Shown here: piece by piece, positions 29,803 to 41,505 of the stretch | How positions within the stretch are numbered: the stretch's first letter is position 1 | Layout: each line of letters opens with the position of its first letter | DNA from: Auanema rhodensis | Taxonomy: Eukaryota > Animalia > Nematoda | Reading direction: 5' to 3' | Length of the DNA: 64,000 nucleotides | Assembly (NCBI GenBank): GCA_964057225.1 | Contig: OZ059894.1 | Coordinates: 15,810,001-15,874,000, forward strand | The notes under the pieces: generated by a model | What the model was told of the DNA's origin: nothing | The model's input: the letters and a program-made list of their open reading frames with translations, nothing else | Database searches by the model: none | Made by a program: the position numbers and the translations under genes

Positions 29803-30239
29803 ATGAGCTCATTATCGCCCAGAATGCTTTTTGTAACTATGGTTCATGCTATATTCTCACAATATGGAGATGTAATGGGAGCATGTTTCAATCTTCTCAA
29901 TGTTCCAATTAAGCAGTAAGTTCTTACTATTCTTAACTTAATATCATTCATTATCATTTATTTTTCAGTATGTTCAATGAAAGCATGCAAGCTCAATATG
30001 GTCCCTTAACTGACTCATCGTAAGCATTTCAAATATATTCTAAATATACATTAAGGATTATTCAAACCAGAGATTATATAACTTTCTCTTTTGTTTACAG
30101 ATTTGAGTTATTGTTTTCGGCATGTGCTTCAACCATGTATATTGGATTAATGTTTGGATTTGCGGTAATGGGTTACATGATGGACAAAATTGGGCGAAAA
30201 GAAACTGCTGTGACTATTAGGTAATCTTCTCTCCCTCTA

Positions 30240-30288
<49 letters not shown>

Positions 30289-32796
30289 TTTGGTTCTCTT
30301 CTTCATCCATGCCCAATCTTTATGGCTTTTTTGGAATACTGAAATTATATTCAAATATATTTTTAAGGGGAATACTTGGTATTTTTGGCTCAACTTGTAT
30401 GATTTTGTCTATGATTTTTGGACGTCATGAATTATTTGTTATCGGACATATAATTGCTGGAATATGTACTGGACTTAAAGTTGTTTTAATCATTTATGTA
30501 GCAGAGTGTAGTCCTGATAGTAAAAGAGGTAAACAACATCTATAAACAGATCTTATATAAATAACCTTTTTAAGGGTTAACCTCTATGGCCATTAATTCT
30601 GGTGGTGTTATAACAGTTATGATTTTAACGCCACTTTCTTTACCAACAGTATTTGGTAATAATCAATCTTGGTAACTTCCTTTCTTTTTGATAAACTCTA
30701 TTCATGAAAAATCTAAATTTGCACATTTAATGAATATTTCTAGGGCTGCTTTACCTTTCATCTCATTAACTATGGCAATTATTCATCTTGCAATAGCTGG
30801 GAAATTCCCTCAAAGTCCTAAACAACTTTATATGAAAGTGAGGATATACATATATTGTTGTTAATAAATTCTTTAATTGCTTAGAAACATGATGAAGAGG
30901 CTGCTCGAACTGCTATGCTATTCTATTCCGGAAGTAATGCTGACATAGGTAAGTCACTTGAAAAACCTATACCCTGGTTTATTAGCTTAAACAAACGTGA
31001 AAACTCAAGCATAAAATTTCAAAAAATTGAGCTCAGAGAAGACAAGTCTTCACGATTGGTAAGCCGGGGAATAGATATCATCATTCGCTCAAGGGTGGTA
31101 TTGAACCTTGAACCCTAGCGCTTAATGGCGCGTTATTGCAATACACCTATTGCTGTTGAATCTCATCATGTTTATGCACCTGAACAATCGTGAATACTAA
31201 AACTAAGACTCTCAAAAAAAAACAAAATTGAGCTCAGGGAAGACAAGTCTTCACGAGTGGTAAGCCGGGGAATAGATATCATCATTCGCTCAAGGGGGGT
31301 ATTGAACCCTGAACCCTAGCGCCATTTTGCGCACTGTCGTAATACACCAATCCACTACAGATTCTTCGATACTGTTGATGAGTGAAGAGAAAGAAAAACA
31401 ACCTGAGAAATCGATAAGCATTGTTAATATTCTCCAAAACAGGAAATACAGGTAATTTAAACTGAACTAGCAAAGTACGTACACATATTTATTGAATTCT
31501 TTTAAGATCATCCTTTTTCTTGGTTTTGCTTGTTGCTTTCATACCTGTTTGTTCCGCATTGAACGTCAAAAGTCAATTTTTAGTAAGTATGCTCATGACA
31601 TACGGTCTTGACCAGGGTGAAGTAAGCTTAATCTTCCCAGAGTTTGGAATCCAAATACAATATGTTTAGGCTACAACTGCAATGCTTGTTATAAGTGCTG
31701 TAGGTTTACCTATATGTTTCATCTCTCCTATCCTCATTCATAAAGTAGGAAGGTGTGTATTTTTTGTTTTATTCACATTTAATAGTTAAAACTCCAATTT
31801 TGCAGAAGAGCCATTTTTTCTACAGTTGCAATTCTCTGTGCATTAGAGTGGGTTGGCTTTGGTTTTGCCCAAATTTTCGTTGATATGCATGCTACCGTAA
31901 GATTTCAATTCAATTTTTGGGAAAAAAGAGAAATAAATAAAAAAATATAAAATTTCATTTTTTTTTGCAGAATTTAACTATAAGCTGGGTTAGTGCTTGC
32001 TTCGCAGCCGTTTTAGGACAGGCAGCTATTAACATGGGGCTTCTCATCATGTCGCCAATCCTTATATCAGAGATCTGTCCTCATAATACCAGAGCAACTA
32101 TTTCACAAGTAGAATCAAAATTGAAAAAAGAATATTTTAAACTTCATCAATTCAGTTAACACAAGTATTTCCTATTGGATTCGCTATTGGTGAAGTAACA
32201 TTGTTCCCAGGAGTTCGGGACATGTTTGGTTCTTTTGTCTTCTTCTTCTTGGGTGCTACATGCGCTGCTCTCGCATTCTTGCTATTCATACTAGTTAGTA
32301 TTACTTTCGATTTTTATTGAAAAACGTCATTTCTTTATAACTTAAATCTTAAAATTGAATTGAAATTCTATTTTTTTTTGAAAACAGTTCTATTTCAGAT
32401 GGGTGAGACATCTGATTCTGCAAAAAATCACGAGAAAAAAATACATAAGAGGTAAACAAAAAATTAAAACTTTAAGTATAATTTCAAAATTTTCATCTAA
32501 AAATATTTAAAAAATATAAATTTCGCTGCTTTCTTTTTTAAATATAAATTTTCTTTCGACATTTCACACAGCAAATATTAGAAGGCTTTAGTTGTTCAAC
32601 AGGATTACTGATTCTTATTCAAAAAAAAATCTATCTGTTTAGACGTCTTATACTTGAAGCTGATGATGCTTTGAAGACTGGAAAATGGTCCAAACATTAC
32701 GGAAGTATTCTGGATACTCCAGAAGATACAGAATCTTCTGAAGATTCTCTTCATCCATCAGAATTAGCTTATCAACGTCAGCATCAATTTTTCTAA
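29803..32796 (+). CDS. MFS sugar-porter (GLUT/SLC2-like) transporter, divergent
   Basis: Starts MSSLSPRMLFVTMVHA. It has MDKIGRK (loop 2-3 motif), IYVAECSPDSKRG, KFPQSPKQLY (PESP-like), IHKVGRRAIF, LISEICPHNTRA and MGETS (PETKG-like), plus many TM segments. Stop at 32794-32796. Confidence 0.88.
31027..31092 (-). ncRNA. Box C/D snoRNA, copy 1; predicted guide for the 18S rRNA site equivalent to human Gm601
   Basis: Minus strand reads TTGAGC-ga-ATGATGA (C box) ... AGACTTGTCTTCT-CTGA (D box)-GCTCAA, with a perfect 6-bp terminal stem and then a T6 run. The guide pairs with conserved 18S GGAGGGCAAGUCU. Confidence 0.85.
31093..31162 (-). promoter_or_regulatory. tRNA-like leader (Pol III A/B-box promoter) of snoRNA copy 1
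   Basis: CAGCAATAGG (A-box-like) sits in hairpin GCAATA-GGTG-TATTGC. A GCGC-CATTAA-GCGC hairpin and the B-box GGTTCAATACC follow. There is no acceptor stem. Confidence 0.7.
31228..31293 (-). ncRNA. Box C/D snoRNA, copy 2 (tandem duplicate, period 201 nt)
   Basis: Differs from copy 1 at only 2 nt. C box 31279-31285, D box 31234-31237, same 6-bp stem, followed by TTTTGTTTTTTTTT. Confidence 0.85.
31294..31364 (-). promoter_or_regulatory. tRNA-like leader (Pol III A/B-box promoter) of snoRNA copy 2
   Basis: A-box TAGTGGATTGG, hairpin AGTGC-gcaaaatg-GCGCT and B-box GGTTCAATACC. Confidence 0.72.
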
Positions 32797-35700
32797 TGAT
32801 ACTCAGCTCTATTAAAAAAAATATAGTATACAATTGAATTTATCTTGATTCTATCATCTAGATTCATTTTCACTTTTTCCCCAAAATGAGTATAATCATC
32901 AGGATTATCTTCATTTTTATTTTCACAAACTTGAAAGCCTGTCAGCAATCGTTGTCATATCTTTTCACTTCAATTTTTTTCAAGATTAACGTATCAATCC
33001 ACGGTACCATAATGTCTTTCAAAACAAAACCATAATTATTTGTTCATTTCATATGTACAAGTGTTTGTATTTTACTGGATTTAGTCCAAAGAAAGCCTTC
33101 TCTAATTTAAAATATTTATTTTGAAGCGAAAAGAGATAATTAATTACGGGTATATCATAAACGATATATTATATTTTTCCAATTTTCTAGAATTTTCGAA
33201 ATTTGATTTGTGTGACCATTGACCAGGAGAAAAAAAATATTAATTCGTGTCCAATTCTCATATAGTATACTTTTGAATGAATAATTATATTATGTAAATT
33301 GAAAATGTTTGAATAAATTATTTTATTTAACTAACTAGGTATACACAATATTCATTTGAAAGAAAAAAATTATTATTGTTTTATGGAAGACATGATATGC
33401 TGCGGCGGATGATGCGAGCTAGCAGCATATTCTCATCAATCAAAAATTCTTTTGAATAGTTTATATAGATAAACTGAAAGTATACATAGATTTATAAAGG
33501 ATGACACTTGAAAAATAATATTTTATATCTGTTAAATTCAAACTTTAACATTAACAAAGAGAGGGAAAAATAACTGAAAAAGTACGAGAAATGAGAGGAG
33601 GAGTGGGAAGAATAGACAGAGATGGGATAGAGAGGTCATAGATAGTTTTTAGCTTTTATATTATAAATTGTAAATTATATGTGCAATTCCAAGAAGAAAG
33701 ATAAACTTTAGTAGAAGAAAATCAAAATAAAAATAAAAGAAGAAGAAAAGGAAGCCAATATATGGAATATATATATGAATGTATACTAAACTTTTTTTCT
33801 GTTAATTCGTGTTGCTATGATGTGAACAAAGCATCCAAAAACCATTTATAAAATCTTTTTTATTATTTTTTTTATTATTATTATTATAAATATAAGACTA
33901 AATACAAAGTAATTATCTATAGTTTATATCAAATATTACAATTTGCATCCCCCTCAATATTTTATTTTTTATTTCCATTTTTTAAAAAAAAAATACTCTT
34001 TCACAATAAATGACAGAGAAATATCTAAAACAAAAAATTGAAAAGATTGTTTCTTTTCTGTTTTTATGAGAAAAAATTAGTTCGATATCGCTTTTTACTT
34101 CATCTTGTCCTTTTCATTAGGTTTTTTTGCTTACTAATTTACGTTTTGTTGTTCGAGAGCTAAAGCTTTAATGAATTTTCATACAGCATTCTGAAGCTTT
34201 TACCATCAGACATGGGTCCCTTTTATCCAAAAAATAATAATTTTTTTCTGCTACGTTCTAGCAATTTCATACTTTTCTCAAATTCTAAGAAGAAACATAC
34301 TTATACATACTGTTTTACTAAATATTATATATATGTATGTAGATGTATATGCAATTACTATCGTAAAAGTCAAAAAACCAAAGTTTTTGAAACATTCTAA
34401 AAGAATTAAACATATATACTATATATAGAGAGAGATATATAGAGATATTTTTAAATTGTTGCTTTATAACCACACTCCATTTATTAAAATTCAAAAAAAA
34501 ATTGTTTGATCTATGATTTTGTATCTTAATAACCTCATTTAAATTTTAAATCCAGTATTTCACCTTTCCTGGTCATTTTTTCATTTTTTTTAAGTTCAAT
34601 TATACTTGAGCTTTGTGCAACACCTCAAATTATTAATGTTCATATGTATGTACATGTGTATACAATTAGTTTTATGAACTTTTTTTGATCTAAAAAAAAA
34701 CTTCAAATGGTATAGAGATTATAAAATAATTAAAAATTAGAATTATAAACCTAAGTTTACCATTTTCTGAAACAATTTTTAAAATATGCGGTTATTCTAT
34801 TATTCAAAGATATTGGACAAGAGGAACATGTTAAATATGGAGAATTTCTAAATATTTTCTTAAAAATAGATTTATATCAAATTTTACTTAAAGATTTACA
34901 ACAAAAAGCTGTAACTTCAGAAAATTCGTATTGATAAATATACTACTTAGCTGTAGCTTTTCTACTATTTTTAGAAAATTGAAAATTACCCGTTTCATAA
35001 TGCTTACATAAGTTTTCCTAAAATGGTCAGGTAATGTTTTCTATTTTTCGATGATTAATTATTAGCTCATAATGAAAAAATATATAATTAAATCGGTGAT
35101 TCTATCAATTAAAATTTATTTTTCGTAAAAATAAATTTAGTAAAATGTCTTTTTCTTTCAATATGTGAGAATGTGCAGCTTCTTCTGATTATACATAAGT
35201 GATATTTTCCTCCGTACATATATTTCACATATATATATATATATATATACTTCTAAATTTCCAAAATAGTAAAATGATCTATCTATCTATTTGCATATAT
35301 TCATCGTTTCTTTTCTCTTTCTCTCTCAATTTCTCTCACTCTTTTTGTCTTTTTTCTTCATTTCTTTTTATTTTAACTTACTTACTAAGATCTTATTTGA
35401 GTTTATCCCAAAATATATATATAAAAAAAAGAAAAAAGAATTTAGAAGCAATTTATATTCTTCATACCTAATCACATAACTGAATATTAATTATAAAGTT
35501 TATTCAAAAGTAATTAGGTATGTAATGTATTAATCCCAAGTCTTTAAAAAGCTTAAAAGAGATCCTGACCAATGATGCAAATGTATTAGTCTATGTATGT
35601 ATATCAAACATTTCCAACTTATTGCACATCCCAACCTTTCATACATCCCTCAACTCCAGAGAAATGTTCTTTCTCTCTTTCTCTCTTTGTAGCATTTCAC

Positions 35701-37927
35701 AAGCATTAAGGCTATCATACATCTATATCTCTATATATATCTTCATATTGCTATTTCCTTAAATAGAAATGATGTTAAAAAAAGAATTTTCTAACTTGAA
35801 AGGTCAATTAAGGTACTGATTACAGCATATAACATATTATATCTCCATTAACTATATATGGATAGATAATCTGGTCATATTATTATATATTTTATTTTTA
35901 ATTGTTGTATGTTCAGATACATATATATATATTAAATATATTCTCTGATATCTACTTACTCAAATACACAAATAATAATAATAATAGTAGCATTTTTAAT
36001 AATAAGTTGGTTAAAATATATACTTATATATGTATAAATATCTTATATATCCATAGATAGTTAGATAGATAGATACAACATATGTACATGTACATTCTGA
36101 ATATCTTAAGTTCAAAGCAAAATTCTTTCTTTTTTTCCTTGTTTGTATAAATTCATACATGCATACTAAACCATTTTAATTATTTCAAAATCTTTATTAT
36201 ATATTAGCAGCCGTTCAAGCAGGTGCTAAGTTTTAACTTAAAGAACACCATCTCATGCCAAACTCAGTAGTGCTTGCCCCTCCCACATTCTTAGCATACC
36301 AGTAGGATCAAATAGCTTTACTGAGATGCTGATCTCTCTTTTTAATTTTTTTATGTTTTTCTCATACCAGCCTACCTTTCATTTCATTTTCTTCTTTAAT
36401 TTGTGTATTAACCAAGAAAAATGCGAATACAGGCTTCTAATTGCTAAAATAATTGGAAATGTTTAGATATTATATTTCAGCCACCCCCATCGTTCAAATT
36501 CTTTCACGAGGTCTCAATATACCTTTTCTTAGAATTCTTGACTATGTGAAAATTAGCCAAATATTTATCGTTTTGATCTATAGCTTCCTATATATGCTTA
36601 TTCTTATTTGAAATCAAAAAATACGGAAGTATGAACGTGAGCATCTTTCGAACTGGGAGGAAGCCACATATAGAAATGACGTTATGATGAAAATGAGTTG
36701 ATGTATCTTTCAAGTGTTTCAGACACCCATGATACTAGCAATAGTAGGCGGATGTATTTTAGATTTCTAAAACTAAAAATTTTCAGTTTATTTTTGGACA
36801 ATAAAGAGAGAAACAAATGGACAATAAAGAGAGAGCAAACGAAATTTCATTTTCGTTTGTGTATATGTGTGTGTGTGTCAAAAATAATGTTTTTTTTTCT
36901 TCAATTTTAAATGAATTTTGTTCTATTTTCATCATCTTTATAATTTTTGGAATCAAATATCCCGTTGTCGTTGGATTTTAATATGTTGTATGTTTGATAC
37001 TGATATTATGACTTATTTCCGGAGATTTCCAGAAGAAAATTTGTTAATTAAAATTAGTAATCCAATCTAAAAACTCAAAGACTCTCAAAGAAAGAGGAAA
37101 AAAAAAGAATTTCTCCCACTTACATGACTATGAGTTATCTTTCCCATATCTACATAACTCATTATGTAATTCCTTTAATATTTATTCAAATTTTAACCTC
37201 TTTGAATCATGTTCTGAATAGTATCATCTAAGAATCTTCTGAACCTTCTACGTCATCAATGTTGATGACAATTCCACGTGTAATATATTCGGTGAACGAG
37301 CTCTAACCTTTGGAAATATAAACTTAGATGAAGAAGAGTACTCAGCTCATAGATCTGGTGAATTACATTGTTCAACGTATAATTCAATCGCAATTTCTAT
37401 TAATTCCACAAAAGGTTTAGCATCACACTCTCCTCCTCCCATTTGCTTAGCGATGTTTCATTCTTGAGTTTTGAATAATTTATTTGGTCATTCGTGAATC
37501 TGACCCTTCTCCCAACACTGTCTCTATCTAGTCACCATGAATATGTACATTCCTGAAACTTATAGTATCTTAGCAATCTTATAAACAGATCAGTCGCCAT
37601 GCTTGTGGATTATCAGCTTGTACGTGAGCTATACAACCTTTTTTCTTTCTATTGCTTTTCTCTGTGTTCTATGAAATAAATTATATAGGCGATTTCATAG
37701 AAACTTTCACTATTTCATTGTGTATGTTTTTCCTGCTTTTTTATTCAATTTTTTAACAGAAATATCAGACAGTCAATAATAATAATCTCAATAATACTTA
37801 CGTTTATACCTTTTTTTTTATATTTTCTTTTCAACAAGTAAATAAAATATTTTTATTTTCTTAATTTCATTGTAATTTTTTTTATTTCTTTTATATTATT
37901 ACTATAATGTTTTTTAAACTTTCAGAT

Positions 37928-38424
37928 ATGCTCAGATATATCGCTTTCTTCGGTATCATTCTTTTTGTGGCCATTGAAGCTGCCATCATCCCTGGAGGTT
38001 CATTTTTGTCATTCATAAGTCATAGAATTATTTTTAGAACAATAGCAAAAAGAGTTTTTAAGAAAAATGACGTATAGCTATAGCAAGAATATTATAAATG
38101 CTTTTATTTTTCCAGAAGATGACTGTGATTTAATTTTTGAGTGTGAAAGTCAAGATTTACGATGTATTCAACAAATCTTACGCGTTATGCCACATTGTGG
38201 AGAACTACTAGGTATGTATCATCATCAAGGTTTCTGAATAATTTAAAATTATTTTGTTTATTCTTTCTCTTAATATGAACTAATATAATATCTCAAATAG
38301 ATGTTTATGCATTTTGCTTTCAGCAGACCAACTCGAGAAGCGAGCACCATTGATGAACAATAAACGTCATAATCGAGTAAAAGACATTTTTGTAAAAAGT
38401 TACATGAATCGTATTGGAAAATGA
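37928..38424 (+). CDS. Neuropeptide-like precursor: signal peptide, 4-Cys pro-region, dibasic sites, C-terminal amidated peptide
   Basis: Three phase-consistent exons give MLRYIAFFGIILFVAIEAAIIPG-EDDCDLIFECESQDLRCIQQILRVMPHCGELL-ADQLEKR APLMNN KR HNRVKDIFVKSYMNRI GK*. A TTTTCAG acceptor lies 2 nt before the ATG. Confidence 0.82.
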
Positions 38425-38791
38425 ATTAAATAATCTTTATTATTATATATTTCGTCTTTTAAATTATTCTTTTTTATGATTTTACTACTTAAAGTTCCAT
38501 CATATTTGTCGTCATATCTATTCCAGCTTTGTAGCTTCGTGGCCCATTCATCAAGTTTTTTTTTAAATAAACTGTTCCTTGTTAACATTTTTTCTTTGAA
38601 ATAGTTTGTACTTCCAGTTTAACAAATTTTCTTATTGATATGATGCAATGTTCAAAATATATTCTTAAAAATTATTTCAATTCAATGTTTTGGAAAGATC
38701 AATGTTGAATACAAAAAAAACATTGAAAACTGACAAATAAAATTTAATAATTCGAAAGAAGCTCTTTCATAATAATAAGCACATCAAGTAT

Positions 38792-40172
38792 TCAACGAGC
38801 TTCTGAAGAATGATATGACACACGTAACACGTAGTATTTCCATTCAGAAGGCTTTGTATAGTGTGGACGTTCCCAAATTTGATTAGCATCTCGTGATGGA
38901 CAACTCGAACCAGCATTGAACCTGAAACTTTCAGTATCATCGAAATTGAAATAAACATTTAATATGAATTATTATGCAGTTTCTGCAGAATATTTTTAAT
39001 AAAATATTAACGAAATGAAAATGTTGTTGGCTAACCATTGAATCATCATCAACTGGTCATTTGAGCAATGGCTATTTAACTGGACCAGAACAGTAGATTC
39101 TCGTTTTGGAGGTAAAATAATATGAGTTGGAGAAAATGAAAGTTTGTCATATTTTAATGCTTTAATTCTGAATTTTTTTCAAATTATAATATATATTATA
39201 TAATAATTAATATATCTAACCTAAGAGCAATCCAATTTTCGTTATTCCAATTTCTTAAAGTTAATATACCTTCTCTCAAATGATTTACAAATAAAGGCTA
39301 AATATATATAGATTTATAATAAATATATTTATAAATTAAAATATATTATATACCATTGGATTTATTATTAAATCTTCTTCATTTTCTATACATGTATACA
39401 TTCCTTCTGTTTCACTGTTTCTAAATCAAAATATAACTATCATTAAATAAATTGGATAATCCTACTTGCACGACAACTCAATTTGAGAATTAAAATATGA
39501 ACTTTCACTTATAATATCATTAGTTTGAATCTTTAGATTAGGTTGTATCCCTTTTTGGAGTATAAAGAAGAAAACTTCCCCAAAAACAACTAATAAAACA
39601 TATATGATGGCTGAACATCCAGCAACCTAAAACTCATTGAAGTGTAAAGAAAAAGCATCAAAGTTCGTATATTATATATGTTTCAATTCTATAAACTTAC
39701 AGCTAGTTGGTACAAGTGATGAGTTACTGTACATAAGTATGTTGTTACATTTTCTTGTACAGTAAGATATGTATGTAAGATTGAAAGTCCAAGAAATAGG
39801 ACAACAACTGTTAAGAAGGATGCAAGTAGAAAGTTCTCTGTGTGATTTCGTATATTCTATAATTATGTGATAAGTTAGTTATATTATTTTTAAATTACCG
39901 TGTGTTTTGGTCTTATAATCTCTATGTATAATGGAAAAAAAGAGAAGATTGATATGAATAATCCGAGAAACCTATTCTCGAATATCTGAAAATCTAGTTA
40001 ATTATTGAAGTTGCAAATAAAATCTTACATGAGCTACAAACCTATAACGATTAGCAAATTCTCCATTTTTAGTCATTGAGCATGTAGATCTTATTGGTAT
40101 CCACAATGACGTTATCATCAACACCAGTACTAATATCTGAAAGATCATTGAAAACATATAAGCTGAAGACAT
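38792..40172 (-). CDS. Four-TM protein with a C-terminal MSP (major sperm protein)-like domain
   Basis: Eight phase-consistent exons give four hydrophobic segments, then GILTLRNWNNENWIALRIKALKYDKLSFSPTHIILPPKRESTVLVQL...LMMIQWF, the MSP-fold pattern. The start codon is uncertain. Confidence 0.72.
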
Positions 40173-40396
40173 TTTATGTTTTTCTACTATACTTTCCAAC
40201 AATGGTATTTTGACACACGATGTTGCTTCATATTCAATTCATTTGAAAAATATGTCTTTGAATTTGATATCAATCTATTTTTCATACTAATTGATATTAA
40301 TATACAATATACTATAAGCATTATAGAACAGAAAATTAATGTTTTGATCTAAAAATAAAAAAAATAAATTTTAAAATTCAAACAGACCCTATTATA

Positions 40397-40928
40397 TTAT
40401 ACATCATTCATTCTTAAATAAATGGAACTCTTTTCAAAGTTCTTTAATCCAGATTGACATGTGTCTGATTGAGCTAAACAACAGCATGTTTCTTGGTCGC
40501 CTTTAATAATAATATTAATATTAATATTTAAGTAATTATAAATATATTTCAATTATAATTTATAAAATATTTTATTACCATTATGAAAACACATTGAAGT
40601 TTTATTGTGAAAATATGATATCTCAGAACATTTAGAAATAGGTAAATCATTTAAATTATTTGAACAATTAGTTCTGTAAACCAGACCCTCAAATATTAGA
40701 AACATATACTTACATAATAATAAAATAATTTACCTCTTTATGATGATATGAATAGATACAACATATCTTTGTTTCACATTCACTTCCACTTATAATTTCA
40801 GAAGTTACCCTTATAGAATCTCTTGATAAGCTTTAGTTTATGTTTTCATATGTTTGAAATAAAACTTACATGCAATTAAAACATACAAATAGAATAGTAA
40901 CAAAAGAAATCAACCGATACCATACCAT
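40397..40928 (-). CDS. Small secreted Cys-rich protein (three-finger/Ly6-like Cys spacing)
   Basis: MVWYRLISFVTILFVCFNC..ECETKICCIYSY..RTNCSNN..SKCSE..SMCFHNGDQETCCCLAQSDTCQ..MNDV*. Four exons; one junction needs a GAG acceptor. Confidence 0.65.
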
Positions 40929-41505
40929 GAGAGTCAAATATTAATTGTTTGTTTTGTTTTTTTTGAAAAACAATCGATTGATTAATTATGCTAATTAGAT
41001 GTACCTCCCATAATGAATATTTATAACTTATATAACATAATTTTTGAAAAAAAAAAAAATATTTTGAAATTATTATAGTTAATCACATATTTTATTTAAT
41101 ATTTAATAATTTAAATGTTTCAATATTAAATATACATAATTATTATTGATGATATAAAATATACTTCTCATTTTAAAATTAAAAGTTACTTATGAAAGTT
41201 TATAATTATTGATTATATTAATTTATTTAAAAGAATTTAAATTCTTATTAATAATATTCTTGTAAGAAATTGTTAATAAAATTATATATTATATAATTCA
41301 TAATATATATACATATATATATTAATTATATATATTCATAAGAGTTGTTAAAATATTATTATTGGCATAAAATTTCTACAATGAACTCAGAAACAAAAGG
41401 ATTTATTAGAGAGATATTATACAATGAAAGATTCATATTCATTTGAGCAAAGTTATTCATATCATAGTTAAGCTATTCAATACATCATCGTAACCTCTAA
41501 AATGC

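Noticed and set aside
31093-31364. Functional tRNA genes
   Set aside because: No acceptor stem, 6- and 8-nt anticodon-like loops and imperfect T-stems; treated as tRNA-like leaders instead.
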